From contig OZ219754.1 in assembly GCA_964291295.2 (NCBI GenBank), positions 3,136,001 to 3,200,000 on the forward strand: 64,000 nt of DNA. Direction: 5' to 3'. The DNA is from an uncultured Candidatus Binatia bacterium. GTDB taxonomy: Bacteria > Desulfobacterota > Binatia > UBA9968 > JAJDTQ01. Shown here in pieces: positions 28,998 to 37,594 of the stretch. Under the pieces are notes generated by a model. The model was not told where the DNA came from. It ran no database searches and was given only the letters and a program-made list of their open reading frames with translations. The position numbers were made by a program, and so were the translations under genes. The first letter of the stretch is position 1; every line of letters begins with the position of its first letter.

Positions 28998-29705
28998 TCA
29001 GGACAGCCGCGCCATGGCCGCGGCCATGCCGCCGAAATAGGCGCGGTGGAGCTCCATGGACTCCCGGGTGGTGCGGAGTACGCCATCCTCCCCGCCCTCG
29101 GGCACATGGCGCTCCAGGATGTCCAGGAACATCTCCGAGTGCTTCTCGTCCGCGGCCCGATGGGCGGTGAAATTGGGCATCTGCGCGTCGGTGAAGTTCA
29201 GATCCCGGCTCCAGCGTTCGTACAGCCGGCCGCAGTTGCCGCCGCCGAGATCCCCGAGCAGGCGGTCGTCGTTGGTCCACTCGGCTACGGTGGAGGCGGC
29301 CAGACCCTCCTGCCACGGCCGTGTACGGGCGATCCAGAACCAGCCGTAGACCGCCGCGCGGGTGGTGGGCAGCGGCTCGGCGTCCACCACCTCCTGCTCG
29401 CTCAATCCCACCTCGCGGGCCTGCCGGAAGATCAGGTCCAGGTGGCCGTGGTCCGAGTACTCGTCCTCCACCAGCTCCTCGTACTCGTGGGACATGATGC
29501 GCTGCTTCACCACGAACACGGTACAGTTGGCCGCCACCTGAGGCCAGTAGTCCCGCCGGCGGCGCACGTAGATCCCCAGTTGCGACAGATAGAGCCGCGC
29601 CCGCTCCAGCGTCACCCGGGTGTCGTAGAACTGTCCCAACTCCGGGGAGCGGAAGTAGTCCCTGACGATCTCGCCAAGCTCCCGGCGCCATTCCTTCGCA
29701 TTCAT
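28998..29705 (-). CDS. Heme-oxygenase-like diiron oxidase (PqqC/CADD/TenA-like)
   Basis: EYEE..DHGH, AEW and HRAADEKH match the E/H/E/H/D/H diiron ligand pattern; ATG overlaps the upstream stop (ATGA). Confidence 0.75.
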   Translation of the reverse strand: MNAKEWRRELGEIVRDYFRSPELGQFYDTRVTLERARLYLSQLGIYVRRRRDYWPQVAANCTVFVVKQRIMSHEYEELVEDEYSDHGHLDLIFRQAREVGLSEQEVVDAEPLPTTRAAVYGWFWIARTRPWQEGLAASTVAEWTNDDRLLGDLGGGNCGRLYERWSRDLNFTDAQMPNFTAHRAADEKHSEMFLDILERHVPEGGEDGVLRTTRESMELHRAYFGGMAAAMARLS

Positions 29706-30685
29706 GGCCGTCCTCCCGGCGTCTGCTGCCGCACGGACGGGACCCCCGTGCCGTCCCTCGACTTCGCCGCCCCATGCTCGGGACCGACGCCCGGGTCGCG
29801 CGCGGCGGCCAGCGCGTTTCGGAGCCGCGCGGCCTGTTCGCCGCTCAGGTCCCGGGTGGGCCAGCGCGGGAAGTCCACCACCGGGAGGTCCCGCAACTTG
29901 AGCGACTCGCGCAGCACCGAACGGCCCGCGGCCCGCTGCAGGTCGACGATGACCGCGGTGAATTCGATCACCCGCCGCTGCAACGCCGCCGACTCTTCCA
30001 GCCGGCCCGCGGTGACCGCCTCCCACAGATTCACCAGCAGCTCGGGAATAGCCACCGTCAACGGGTGAATCGATCCCGCCAGACCCCACAACGCCCCGGG
30101 CATGATCAGCGTGGCGGAACCGGAAAAGACCGAGCAGGTGGCCGGGAGAGCCCGGACGAAGGCGAGTTGCTGATCCAGGGGGATGAACGACATCTTGATG
30201 CCGCACGCCTCGGGCACCTCCTCGCACAACCGCCGGGTCCACGGCGCGGTCATGCGATAGCCGCTGTTCACCGCGTTGTTGTAGATGAACAGGGGGTATC
30301 GGATGGCCTCGTACACCTGGACGTAGTGCGCCAGCACCTCGTCGTCGAGATGGTCGAAGTAGTACGGCGGCACCACACCCACCACGTCGGCGCCCTGGTC
30401 CCTGGCGTCCCTGGCCAGGTCGATGGTGGTAGGGGTGTCCGCGGTGCCCGCATGGATGACCACCGGAATGCGCCCGGCCACACGTTCAAGAACGAGCCGC
30501 GCCGTGCGCTTGCGCTCGTCCGGCGTCAGCGCGGGACCCTGACCGAAGGTGCCGAGCACGAACAGACCGTGCACGCCCGCCTCCACATAGAAGTCCGTCA
30601 ACGCCCGTACCGCATTCTCGTCCACCGCGCCGGTGTCGGTGAAAGGCGTCGGCAGCGGGATATAGATTCCTTTCAGAGGTTCCAT
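29702..30685 (-). CDS. DapA/NAL-family class I aldolase or dehydratase
   Basis: GIYIPLPTPF, LGTFGQG, VPPYY, IYNN, GIKMS (Schiff-base Lys). Confidence 0.88.
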   Translation of the reverse strand: MEPLKGIYIPLPTPFTDTGAVDENAVRALTDFYVEAGVHGLFVLGTFGQGPALTPDERKRTARLVLERVAGRIPVVIHAGTADTPTTIDLARDARDQGADVVGVVPPYYFDHLDDEVLAHYVQVYEAIRYPLFIYNNAVNSGYRMTAPWTRRLCEEVPEACGIKMSFIPLDQQLAFVRALPATCSVFSGSATLIMPGALWGLAGSIHPLTVAIPELLVNLWEAVTAGRLEESAALQRRVIEFTAVIVDLQRAAGRSVLRESLKLRDLPVVDFPRWPTRDLSGEQAARLRNALAAARDPGVGPEHGAAKSRDGTGVPSVRQQTPGGRP

Positions 30686-30733
30686 GACATGACTCCCTGC
30701 GACGTGACTCCCTGTCTCATGAGAGGACTCCCG

Positions 30734-31771
30734 TCACCGGCCTTCGACCACTGCCAGGACCCGGGCCTTGTCGTCCGCCGGCATTCCCAGAAACTCCCGC
30801 ACGTTGGACTGCAGCTCCGCGCCCGGTACGGGATCGATCTCGACGCGCCGCCTTTTGGCTTCGGCGAGAAATTCGGGGTCCGCCATGGTGGCGTCGAAGG
30901 CCCTGCGAAGCTCCGCCACGCGCTCTGCCGGCACATCCGGACCCACCAGGAAGGCGCGCGCAAACTGGTACGGCACCGTGGTGGTCAGACGAATCAGGCG
31001 CCGCTGCGCGTCCGTCCTGGCAAGCTGCGGCATGGCGGGGACGCCGCCAAGTTCCCGAATGGGTTTCGGACTCACCTGCATCAGTACCTTGTAGTCGCCA
31101 TTGCCGAGCTGTTCGCTGCTGGTGGACTTGAGGGAGGCCCAGCCGTTGAAGACACCGTCCAGTTCCCCGCTCTCCATGGCCAGCCGTATGCGGGAGGTGC
31201 CCGCGTACCCCGTCACGAGCCGGACCTTGCCGCCGAGCACGTCCCGCAACAGCAACGCCGCCACGTCCGTCGGGGATCCCGTACCGATGCCGCCCAGCGC
31301 GATCTCCCTGGCCTCGGGGCCAAGCAGATCCTCGACGCCGTTGAAGCCGGACTGGCGGGTCACCACCAGCACCGAAGACTGGACATGCGTGGCGCCGATG
31401 TATTGAAAGCGCCGCGCGTCGTATCTGGCCTGCGCAATGCCCGTCAACTGCTTGATCACGGAGGAGCCGCCGACATGCAGCACCTCCGTGCCATCCTGTT
31501 GCGACGCGTGGTAGACGTAGTTCGCGGACACGAGACCGCCGGCGCCCGGACGGTTCTCCACGATCATCCTGGGCGTGCCGGGAAGATGCTTGTGGAAGTA
31601 CCGCGCGACATGGCGCGCGTAGGTATCGTATCCGCCACCGGGCGAGTACGCGACGATGATGCGCACGGTCCTGCCCTGGTAGAACTCGGCGGCGGCCGCG
31701 CCGCTCCACGCTACGAGTGCGCCAACAAAGGCCGCAAGCACGCATGTCCGCACGAAACGCCTGTTTGTCAT
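30734..31771 (-). CDS. Bug/TctC tripartite tricarboxylate transporter substrate-binding protein
   Basis: Signal peptide, FYQGRTVRIIV..PGGGYD, VENRPGAGG, VTGYAG, DPEFLAEA. Confidence 0.9.
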   Translation of the reverse strand: MTNRRFVRTCVLAAFVGALVAWSGAAAAEFYQGRTVRIIVAYSPGGGYDTYARHVARYFHKHLPGTPRMIVENRPGAGGLVSANYVYHASQQDGTEVLHVGGSSVIKQLTGIAQARYDARRFQYIGATHVQSSVLVVTRQSGFNGVEDLLGPEAREIALGGIGTGSPTDVAALLLRDVLGGKVRLVTGYAGTSRIRLAMESGELDGVFNGWASLKSTSSEQLGNGDYKVLMQVSPKPIRELGGVPAMPQLARTDAQRRLIRLTTTVPYQFARAFLVGPDVPAERVAELRRAFDATMADPEFLAEAKRRRVEIDPVPGAELQSNVREFLGMPADDKARVLAVVEGR

Positions 31772-31847
31772 CACGTCCCCCCTGTGCTGAAGACCGCCGG
31801 CCGCGGGGCAAGGCGCATGGACCCGGTCACACGAAATCAACAAAGGG

Positions 31848-31876
31848 CTAATAGGCCAGGCGCTGGCGGGTGTCAA
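31848..31876 (-). promoter_or_regulatory. Sigma70 promoter of the tctC-led catabolic operon
   Basis: Minus strand: TTGACA, 17 nt, TATTAG. Confidence 0.65.
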
Positions 31877-32272
31877 CCGAGCGGACCAGGGTGATGGGCT
31901 GGTTCTTCCCCCCTGATCCACCGCGCGATGCCTCGACGGCGGCGGAAACCACCGGTACGGGAGACATGCGAGCCTCGAACGTACCCCGATCGAATCCGAC
32001 GCTGGCAACCAGAGACTCCGGTGCGATCAAGTCCTTCTTCAATCCGGCCGTTGTCGGCGTACCGCGCAACTCTCCACAACGCGGCCCGTCCGACAAGAAC
32101 CCGGACGACCCCTCAAGGGGTGGGGGCGACCCGGGCTCCAAACTCCACGGGCGCACCCGCTTGCCGCTTGATTGGAACTCGTTTCGTGCTCATCCGTCGA
32201 GTACCCGCCGCCACCCCCGATCGCGGCCATCCTGCGGGTCGTCCCAAGTCATGGCACCTGAAATCCTGGTCG

Positions 32273-32866
32273 TCACCCTTGTCGCCGGTACCGGTCATCG
32301 TACCGATCATCGTCATCGTACCGGTCATCATCGTACCGGTCATCATCGTAACAGTCGTCATCGTAACGGTCGTCGTCGTCGTACCGATCATCATCGTAAC
32401 AGTCGTCATCGTAACGGTCGTCGCGCACCCGCACGTTGAAGACCTGATCGGTCGAGAGGCCGCCCGGATCGCGGGCCGTTACACGTATCGAAGCCGCCCC
32501 TTCGTCAAGCGCCCGGATGGTCAGCCTGCTTCCGGAAACCGTGACTCTTGCCACACCAGCCTGAGACGTCCGGGCGCTGTATGCCAGGGTCTCGCCGTCC
32601 GGATCGGAAAAATGGCGGGACAGATCGACGTCCACGCTGCGCCCCTCGCTCACGGTCTGTTGAAGTACCCGCCGCACAACCTGCGGCGCTTGTCCATCCT
32701 GACGTGCCGGTTCGTCCGGGCGCGGTTGGAGTGGAGTAATCACCATCTGGTCCTTCAGGCGTCGTGCCTCACCGCCGCCGTCACCACCACCGCCACACGA
32801 CGACAGGCCGGCGCACAGGATGGCCATCTGGAGAACGAACACGATCCCGATAGTTCGAGAAAACAT
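32273..32866 (-). CDS. Lipoprotein with an Ig/cadherin-like domain and an Asp/Tyr-rich repeat tail
   Basis: Lipobox LSSC then Gly linker; VDLSRHFSDPDGETLAY...VTARDPGGL; GAGGAGG RBS. Confidence 0.75.
   Translation of the reverse strand: MFSRTIGIVFVLQMAILCAGLSSCGGGGDGGGEARRLKDQMVITPLQPRPDEPARQDGQAPQVVRRVLQQTVSEGRSVDVDLSRHFSDPDGETLAYSARTSQAGVARVTVSGSRLTIRALDEGAASIRVTARDPGGLSTDQVFNVRVRDDRYDDDCYDDDRYDDDDRYDDDCYDDDRYDDDRYDDDDRYDDRYRRQG
32288..32422 (-). repeat. Coding tandem repeat, nine units of D(2-4)-[R/C]-Y
   Basis: DDRY DDDCY DDDRY DDDDRY DDDCY DDDRY DDDRY DDDDRY DDRY: 45 codons, 27 of them Asp. Confidence 0.9.
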
Positions 32867-32902
32867 GACAACCTCCTCATTTCGGCCGGCGTTTCCATCC
32901 GG

Positions 32903-34276
32903 CTACGCCGCGATCGACACCGTGGCACCCAGACTCCGATTCCGCGTCATGCGGTGGTTTCGCAGAAGGGGGACCGATACCGTACTGCGGGTCGAACCCT
33001 GCCGGATCGTCGTTTCCACGGGCTGGTCCACGAAGTCTTCGCCCGGGACCGCGGGATTCTCGCCGCTTCCCGGCACGAGCCGCACCACAATCCTCATGTC
33101 TTGTGGTGCGGCAGCCGCAAGCGTCACTTCCAGCCGGACCGTGTCGCCGCTGCGTGCCGTGTTCTGCAGGAAACGGACCCGTGCTTGCCTCGCCAGGTCA
33201 GCGACGGCGTCACGCCGGGCCACCCGGATGGGACCGATGTCGCCCGCCGGGCGCCACAGGTCTTCGGGGCCAGGAGGAGAGGGGTCGGCAGCAACGCCCA
33301 GACCCTGCCAGGCGGGCCTCGACCGGGCACCGAGGGGCAACTTCAGGGCGACATGAAAGATCGCGTTGCTCGTGCCCCGGCCGAAGCCGTCGTAACCCGC
33401 GGCGAACTTGAGCCACGGATGCGGCTGCCAGCCGAAGTCCATGCGCGCGCCCGTATCCCAACGACGGGAACCGTCCTCCGCCCTCCAGCGATAGCCGGTC
33501 GCGTCCAGACGAAGCGTCGTCGTCAGGTCGAAGCGCATCCCGACCTCAAGACCCGCCAGGGCGCGTTCCTGCCGGCCCGAACCGCCCGGACGCCAACCGG
33601 TGGTGGGCAGATGATATCTCAGGGAGCCCACACCCCAGCGTCCGGCATAGTCCAACCCGGACATCACCACCCTGTGTCCACGTTCGGTGTTCAGGAGGTG
33701 AAACACCGAGACTCCGAACATTCCGGCGGTCGAAGTCCGAAAACGCCGAACCACGCCATGCCGCAGGTCGTTCCGGAACAGGCCGGAGCCGTTCTCGTCC
33801 CAGGAGCGGGTCAGACCTTGCTGAAAGAAGAGCGCGGACCCCTCCTGGCCACCGGAAGGCTGGCGGCCGGAAGGAACTCCCGCGCCGGCGAAGGGAAGTA
33901 CCATGTCGACGTCGCCGTAAAGCGCCACCCCATCCGAGAACGGCGCCGGGTTCCACCGACCCACGGCCTGGAAATGTCGTCCGAACGCCGTCTTTCCGTA
34001 CGCGTCCGCGACGCGCAGGCCCTCCTGCAACATCAGCCCGAGACCGTTGGCCCACAGGCACCGGGCACCCTCCGGGGCCGAACCTTCCAGCGGCGCCTCG
34101 CAACCCGCCGCATGGGTCCTGTACCGCTCCCACAGCCCCCTTTCGGACTCCGCCCATGCGGTGGTGAAGAGCAGCAGCACCACGATCATCGGCGCCACCG
34201 CCGGCACGATGCGGAAACGGGCACGGAAAGGCACGTGGTTGCGTCCAGCCGGGGCATTCCGTCTGATCTGTTCCAT
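32903..34276 (-). CDS. Inverse-autotransporter (intimin/invasin-like) beta-barrel protein with a C-terminal Calx-beta-like domain
   Basis: Signal peptide, amphipathic beta strands (ALFFQQG, DLRHGVVRRF, GHRVVMSGLDY, RYHLPTTGW, ERALAG), C-terminal AVPGEDF...VSVPLL. Confidence 0.6.
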   Translation of the reverse strand: MEQIRRNAPAGRNHVPFRARFRIVPAVAPMIVVLLLFTTAWAESERGLWERYRTHAAGCEAPLEGSAPEGARCLWANGLGLMLQEGLRVADAYGKTAFGRHFQAVGRWNPAPFSDGVALYGDVDMVLPFAGAGVPSGRQPSGGQEGSALFFQQGLTRSWDENGSGLFRNDLRHGVVRRFRTSTAGMFGVSVFHLLNTERGHRVVMSGLDYAGRWGVGSLRYHLPTTGWRPGGSGRQERALAGLEVGMRFDLTTTLRLDATGYRWRAEDGSRRWDTGARMDFGWQPHPWLKFAAGYDGFGRGTSNAIFHVALKLPLGARSRPAWQGLGVAADPSPPGPEDLWRPAGDIGPIRVARRDAVADLARQARVRFLQNTARSGDTVRLEVTLAAAAPQDMRIVVRLVPGSGENPAVPGEDFVDQPVETTIRQGSTRSTVSVPLLRNHRMTRNRSLGATVSIAA

Positions 34277-34419
34277 AAGCTTCCCTCCTCTGAATTTTGT
34301 CGTACCACTCGCGGCACCGCATGGTTGGCGCAGGCGCCGTTCGATTCACCGTCGATTCTGGGCCCTTCCGTCACGGCTGACCAGATGTGGTTCGTTGAAG
34401 AAACAAGGGCCTGGAACGA

Positions 34420-34448
34420 TTGACATAAGCGGTTTACGAGTGTGATAT
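34420..34448 (+). promoter_or_regulatory. Candidate sigma70 promoter for the LuxR-type regulator
   Basis: TTGACA, 17 nt, TGATAT (imperfect -10). Confidence 0.4.
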
Positions 34449-34559
34449 CCGTCTGGAGCGGTGCGCCGCGGCAACGCCCCGGCGGCCGGACGCACCTTCA
34501 CGGATTGCCAATGGGACGCGACGCATGCCCTTTGAAACCGCACGCGATGTAGTGGCAGG

Positions 34560-35264
34560 GTGAGTCGAGACGGGCCAAACGGCTCAAGCGGTTCCACCAG
34601 CCAGGCGAGACCACTGTTGACCAACCCGTTCAAGGAAATCCCGACGAGGCGGATGCTGGCGCTGACGATGCTGGCATTGACGGTGGCGTTCTTCGCCTAC
34701 GACCTCGTCGTCGATGCCCTCTTCGAGAACGAATTCGGCTCATGGCATTTCATCATCGAAGCTGTCGTCTTTGTTGCCGTTTCGTGGACGCTCGTCGTCA
34801 ATCTGAAGGATCTTGCCGGTTTGCGCACACGTCTGGAGGAGGAGCGGAGCCGGAACAGGGTGCTCGCGGGGAAGCTGGCCGATGGCATCAATGCACAGTT
34901 GGACGACTGGCGCCTCACCCGCAGCGAAAAGGAAGTCGCGTGGCTGATCATCAAGGGTTTCCGCTTTGCCGAAATCGCCGGTCTGCGAGGCGTCAAGGAG
35001 AACACCACCCGGCTGCAGGCGAGCGGTCTTTACACGAAGGCCGGGGTAAGCGGGCGAGCGGAGTTTGTCGCCGAGGTCGTCCACCAGTTGCTCATGCCCG
35101 TTACGGAAGAGACGTCGTTCTCCGGCAATGCCGCCCCGCCTGACGCCAGCGCCTCGGGAACGGACGCCGCGCCGATAGCGGCGGCGGCATCACCTGTTGG
35201 CGGCCTCAAGATGGATCGACCGGAAGAAGGCGCAAGAGCCGTGCGCAAGACAACACGTCACTGA
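34560..35264 (+). CDS. Membrane-anchored LuxR-family HTH regulator
   Basis: Two N-terminal TM helices (H..IE), coiled coil, WRLTRSEKEVAWLIIKG..AEIA..R...TTR.Q..LYTK. Confidence 0.82.
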   Translation: MSRDGPNGSSGSTSQARPLLTNPFKEIPTRRMLALTMLALTVAFFAYDLVVDALFENEFGSWHFIIEAVVFVAVSWTLVVNLKDLAGLRTRLEEERSRNRVLAGKLADGINAQLDDWRLTRSEKEVAWLIIKGFRFAEIAGLRGVKENTTRLQASGLYTKAGVSGRAEFVAEVVHQLLMPVTEETSFSGNAAPPDASASGTDAAPIAAAASPVGGLKMDRPEEGARAVRKTTRH

Positions 35265-35953
35265 CCGCCGGGGTGCCGACCGGGCGCATCTGCCGTCACC
35301 TCGACCTCGATGAGCTTCCCGGCGGCGGAGTAGCCTTCCACGAAAGAGCACGCGGTGTATTCGGCGGGCACCTGTGCGGCGGCGTGAAACGCCCGCCTCA
35401 ACGCCGCCATGTCCGCCTCGTGATGCAGGAAGAACGACACTTTCACCACCTGCTCCCATGAGGTGCCGGCGTGCTCCAGGGAAGCGCCGATGAGGCCGCA
35501 TATCTCGCGTGTCTGCTGCGGCAGGTCCCCGGTGGTGGCGGTGACCCCCGAGAGGAAGATCCGTCCCTCCAGGTCGAGATAGCGCAACGGCACGAGGGGC
35601 GGATCGTATTCCACCCGCTTCTTCGCCGCGCCGGAGCGCATGGCGAGCAGGTCCAGCGCCACCCGGGCATCGGAGTCGAGGTGCGCCGGATGGATATAGC
35701 TGGAGCTGGCTGAACGCGCCCCGCCGCTCATGCGCCGGGAGCGCGCCCGGCTCCCGAGGTTGCGGCTTTCGCGATCCCGCGCCCAAAGGCGCGTCCGCAC
35801 CGTGTTGTCCAGGGAAAAGCCGAGTCTGCCGATGGCGGCCGCGACGCGGTCAAGGATTCCGTCCACTCCCGCGTCGCCTGCGACCCCGGCGGCGCCCTCG
35901 CAGGAGACCGCGACGCATTCGCGGCCGAGCCACTCGAAGGACTTCACGCGCAT
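35258..35953 (-). CDS. RidA/YjgF-family protein with two tandem Rid-like domains
   Basis: NTVRTRLWARD..SASSSYI, IFLSGVT, VVKVSFFL, LIEVEVTA. Confidence 0.75.
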   Translation of the reverse strand: MRVKSFEWLGRECVAVSCEGAAGVAGDAGVDGILDRVAAAIGRLGFSLDNTVRTRLWARDRESRNLGSRARSRRMSGGARSASSSYIHPAHLDSDARVALDLLAMRSGAAKKRVEYDPPLVPLRYLDLEGRIFLSGVTATTGDLPQQTREICGLIGASLEHAGTSWEQVVKVSFFLHHEADMAALRRAFHAAAQVPAEYTACSFVEGYSAAGKLIEVEVTADAPGRHPGGQ

Positions 35954-35973
35954 GGCGTCACGCGGGCCGCCGG

Positions 35974-36825
35974 TCAGGATGCCGGGGCACCGAAGAAAGC
36001 CAGCGTGCGCACCTCGATGCTCTCCCGCGCCGGCGCGTCCGGCGGCGCCGTGGGATCGTCGAAGGACGTATGGGCGGTAAAGCGCGCACGCCCGTCCTTC
36101 TCCGAGTCGAACACCTTGAAGACCATCGCCTCGTTGCGGGCCATGGCGGGAAAGTAGAACCAGCGGTGCTCCGGGCTGTACTTGATCTGATAGGTCTCGC
36201 CGATGCGCCCCGGGTAGCTGCGCTGGGACGGGATCAATTCCTCGGTGCGCAGACTGCGGGCGTCGGCGATGGCCAGCGGATTGGTGCGCACCGGATTGCG
36301 CGTGGGGCGCCACACCTGGATGATGGCGAAGCGTCCCTGAAGCAGCCTCTCGGCTTCGTCCTCGGGCAGAAGATCCCGCACCCGCTTGGGCGCCGACCAC
36401 TCGGTGTAATCGTTGTGCACCGAGCGATTGGGCTCCCGCACCTTGCGTGCGGCGCGGATGCCGTCGTCCTGTGCCCGGAGCGTGTGGTCGAAGATGACCA
36501 CCCGGGAAGCGCCGCTCTCGCGCTTCACCAGCGCGTCGACCTCCGGATAGTAGACGGAGCGGACCTGCGCCTCGTCGTAGAAATCCGCCACCCCGGTGTC
36601 GTGCCTCACCAGGACGAACCCTTCGCGCTCCAGCGAGAATCCGCCGGCCGCGGAGCGCCCGTTGTAAATCGTGGTCCGGCGCGGCTCCTGCTTGCCGGTG
36701 CGCAGCACCGGCGTGCTGCCGGGCTCGGCCGTGTGGGTGATGGGCTTCGTTCCCGTGTCCACCGCGTAGTTGAGGACCGCTTCCACCGAATCCGGACGGG
36801 ATTCGACCGCCTCCGTCCGACTCAT
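35974..36825 (-). CDS. CmcJ/NvfI/AsaB-like Fe(II)/2-oxoglutarate-type oxidoreductase
   Basis: FSLEREGF, YYPEV, FDHTLR, VHNDYT, QVWRP, PLAIADARS, FTAHTSF, RESIEVR. Confidence 0.82.
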   Translation of the reverse strand: MSRTEAVESRPDSVEAVLNYAVDTGTKPITHTAEPGSTPVLRTGKQEPRRTTIYNGRSAAGGFSLEREGFVLVRHDTGVADFYDEAQVRSVYYPEVDALVKRESGASRVVIFDHTLRAQDDGIRAARKVREPNRSVHNDYTEWSAPKRVRDLLPEDEAERLLQGRFAIIQVWRPTRNPVRTNPLAIADARSLRTEELIPSQRSYPGRIGETYQIKYSPEHRWFYFPAMARNEAMVFKVFDSEKDGRARFTAHTSFDDPTAPPDAPARESIEVRTLAFFGAPAS

Positions 36826-37594
36826 CGCGCACCTCCCTTTCGCGCACATGCTCGTCCCGACCTCGTCCCGGCACGGAATCTGCGGCGGAGGGTATCAGCC
36901 CGGTGCATCTTCGACAACCGGGGCGGCGGGGGCGTGCCGGACAATCCCGCGCTGTGGAATTGCAGATGAACCAAACGGGGTGTTGACAGGAGACTTCGAT
37001 GGTCGTTGGGGCTGACCGAGCGACAACGGCGCGAGAGTGTGCAGGTGAGTGGGGTGTGAAAACCGACGCGCCGAAAGGCGTTCCAATCGCGTTTTCTGAC
37101 TGCTCAACCGTCGGGCGATGTGCCATCGGCATTCAGCCCGAGCGGCGCTTGAGCGACTGCGCACTTGCGGAGACCGTCCCCGAACGAAAGCGCGGCTTCC
37201 GAACCGGATTATAGGAAGCACGAGGGAACAATTCAATGCGCGAAGTCCCGTTCAGCGGCAGCGTCATTCGCTTGGCCCGTACCGTTGGCGGCGGCGCGGG
37301 TTCGACCGGTCCAACCGGCATACGGTCGCCGTTACATGGCCGCCGTCAGCGGCGAACCGTGTCGTGCGCATGTCGCTGCACGGTCACTTCGATGCGGCGG
37401 GCACGACGATGCAGGCTGGAGCGCAGACTCGACAGCGGCCCGACCCGCGTGAACTACCGGGCCGCCAGCAATCAAGGCCGGGACCTGCCGCATTCGCGTC
37501 CGCAGCCGGCGGGTGTGCTATGCCGGCCGCGTGAGCGGCATCTCATTGTCGGTAGTGGTCGCATGTCGCTCCGTCGTCGGCGACAACAGACAGC

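Noticed and set aside
31985-32012. tRNA-3'-end-like string (TCGAATCCGACGCTGGCAACCA); on the other strand, a tmRNA-like GGATTCGA
   Set aside because: No matching 5' T-stem, acceptor stem or cloverleaf, and the tmRNA 5' end is absent
32288-32422. Possible CRISPR or non-coding array
   Set aside because: Units are 12-18 bp with no spacers and lie in frame within a lipoprotein CDS
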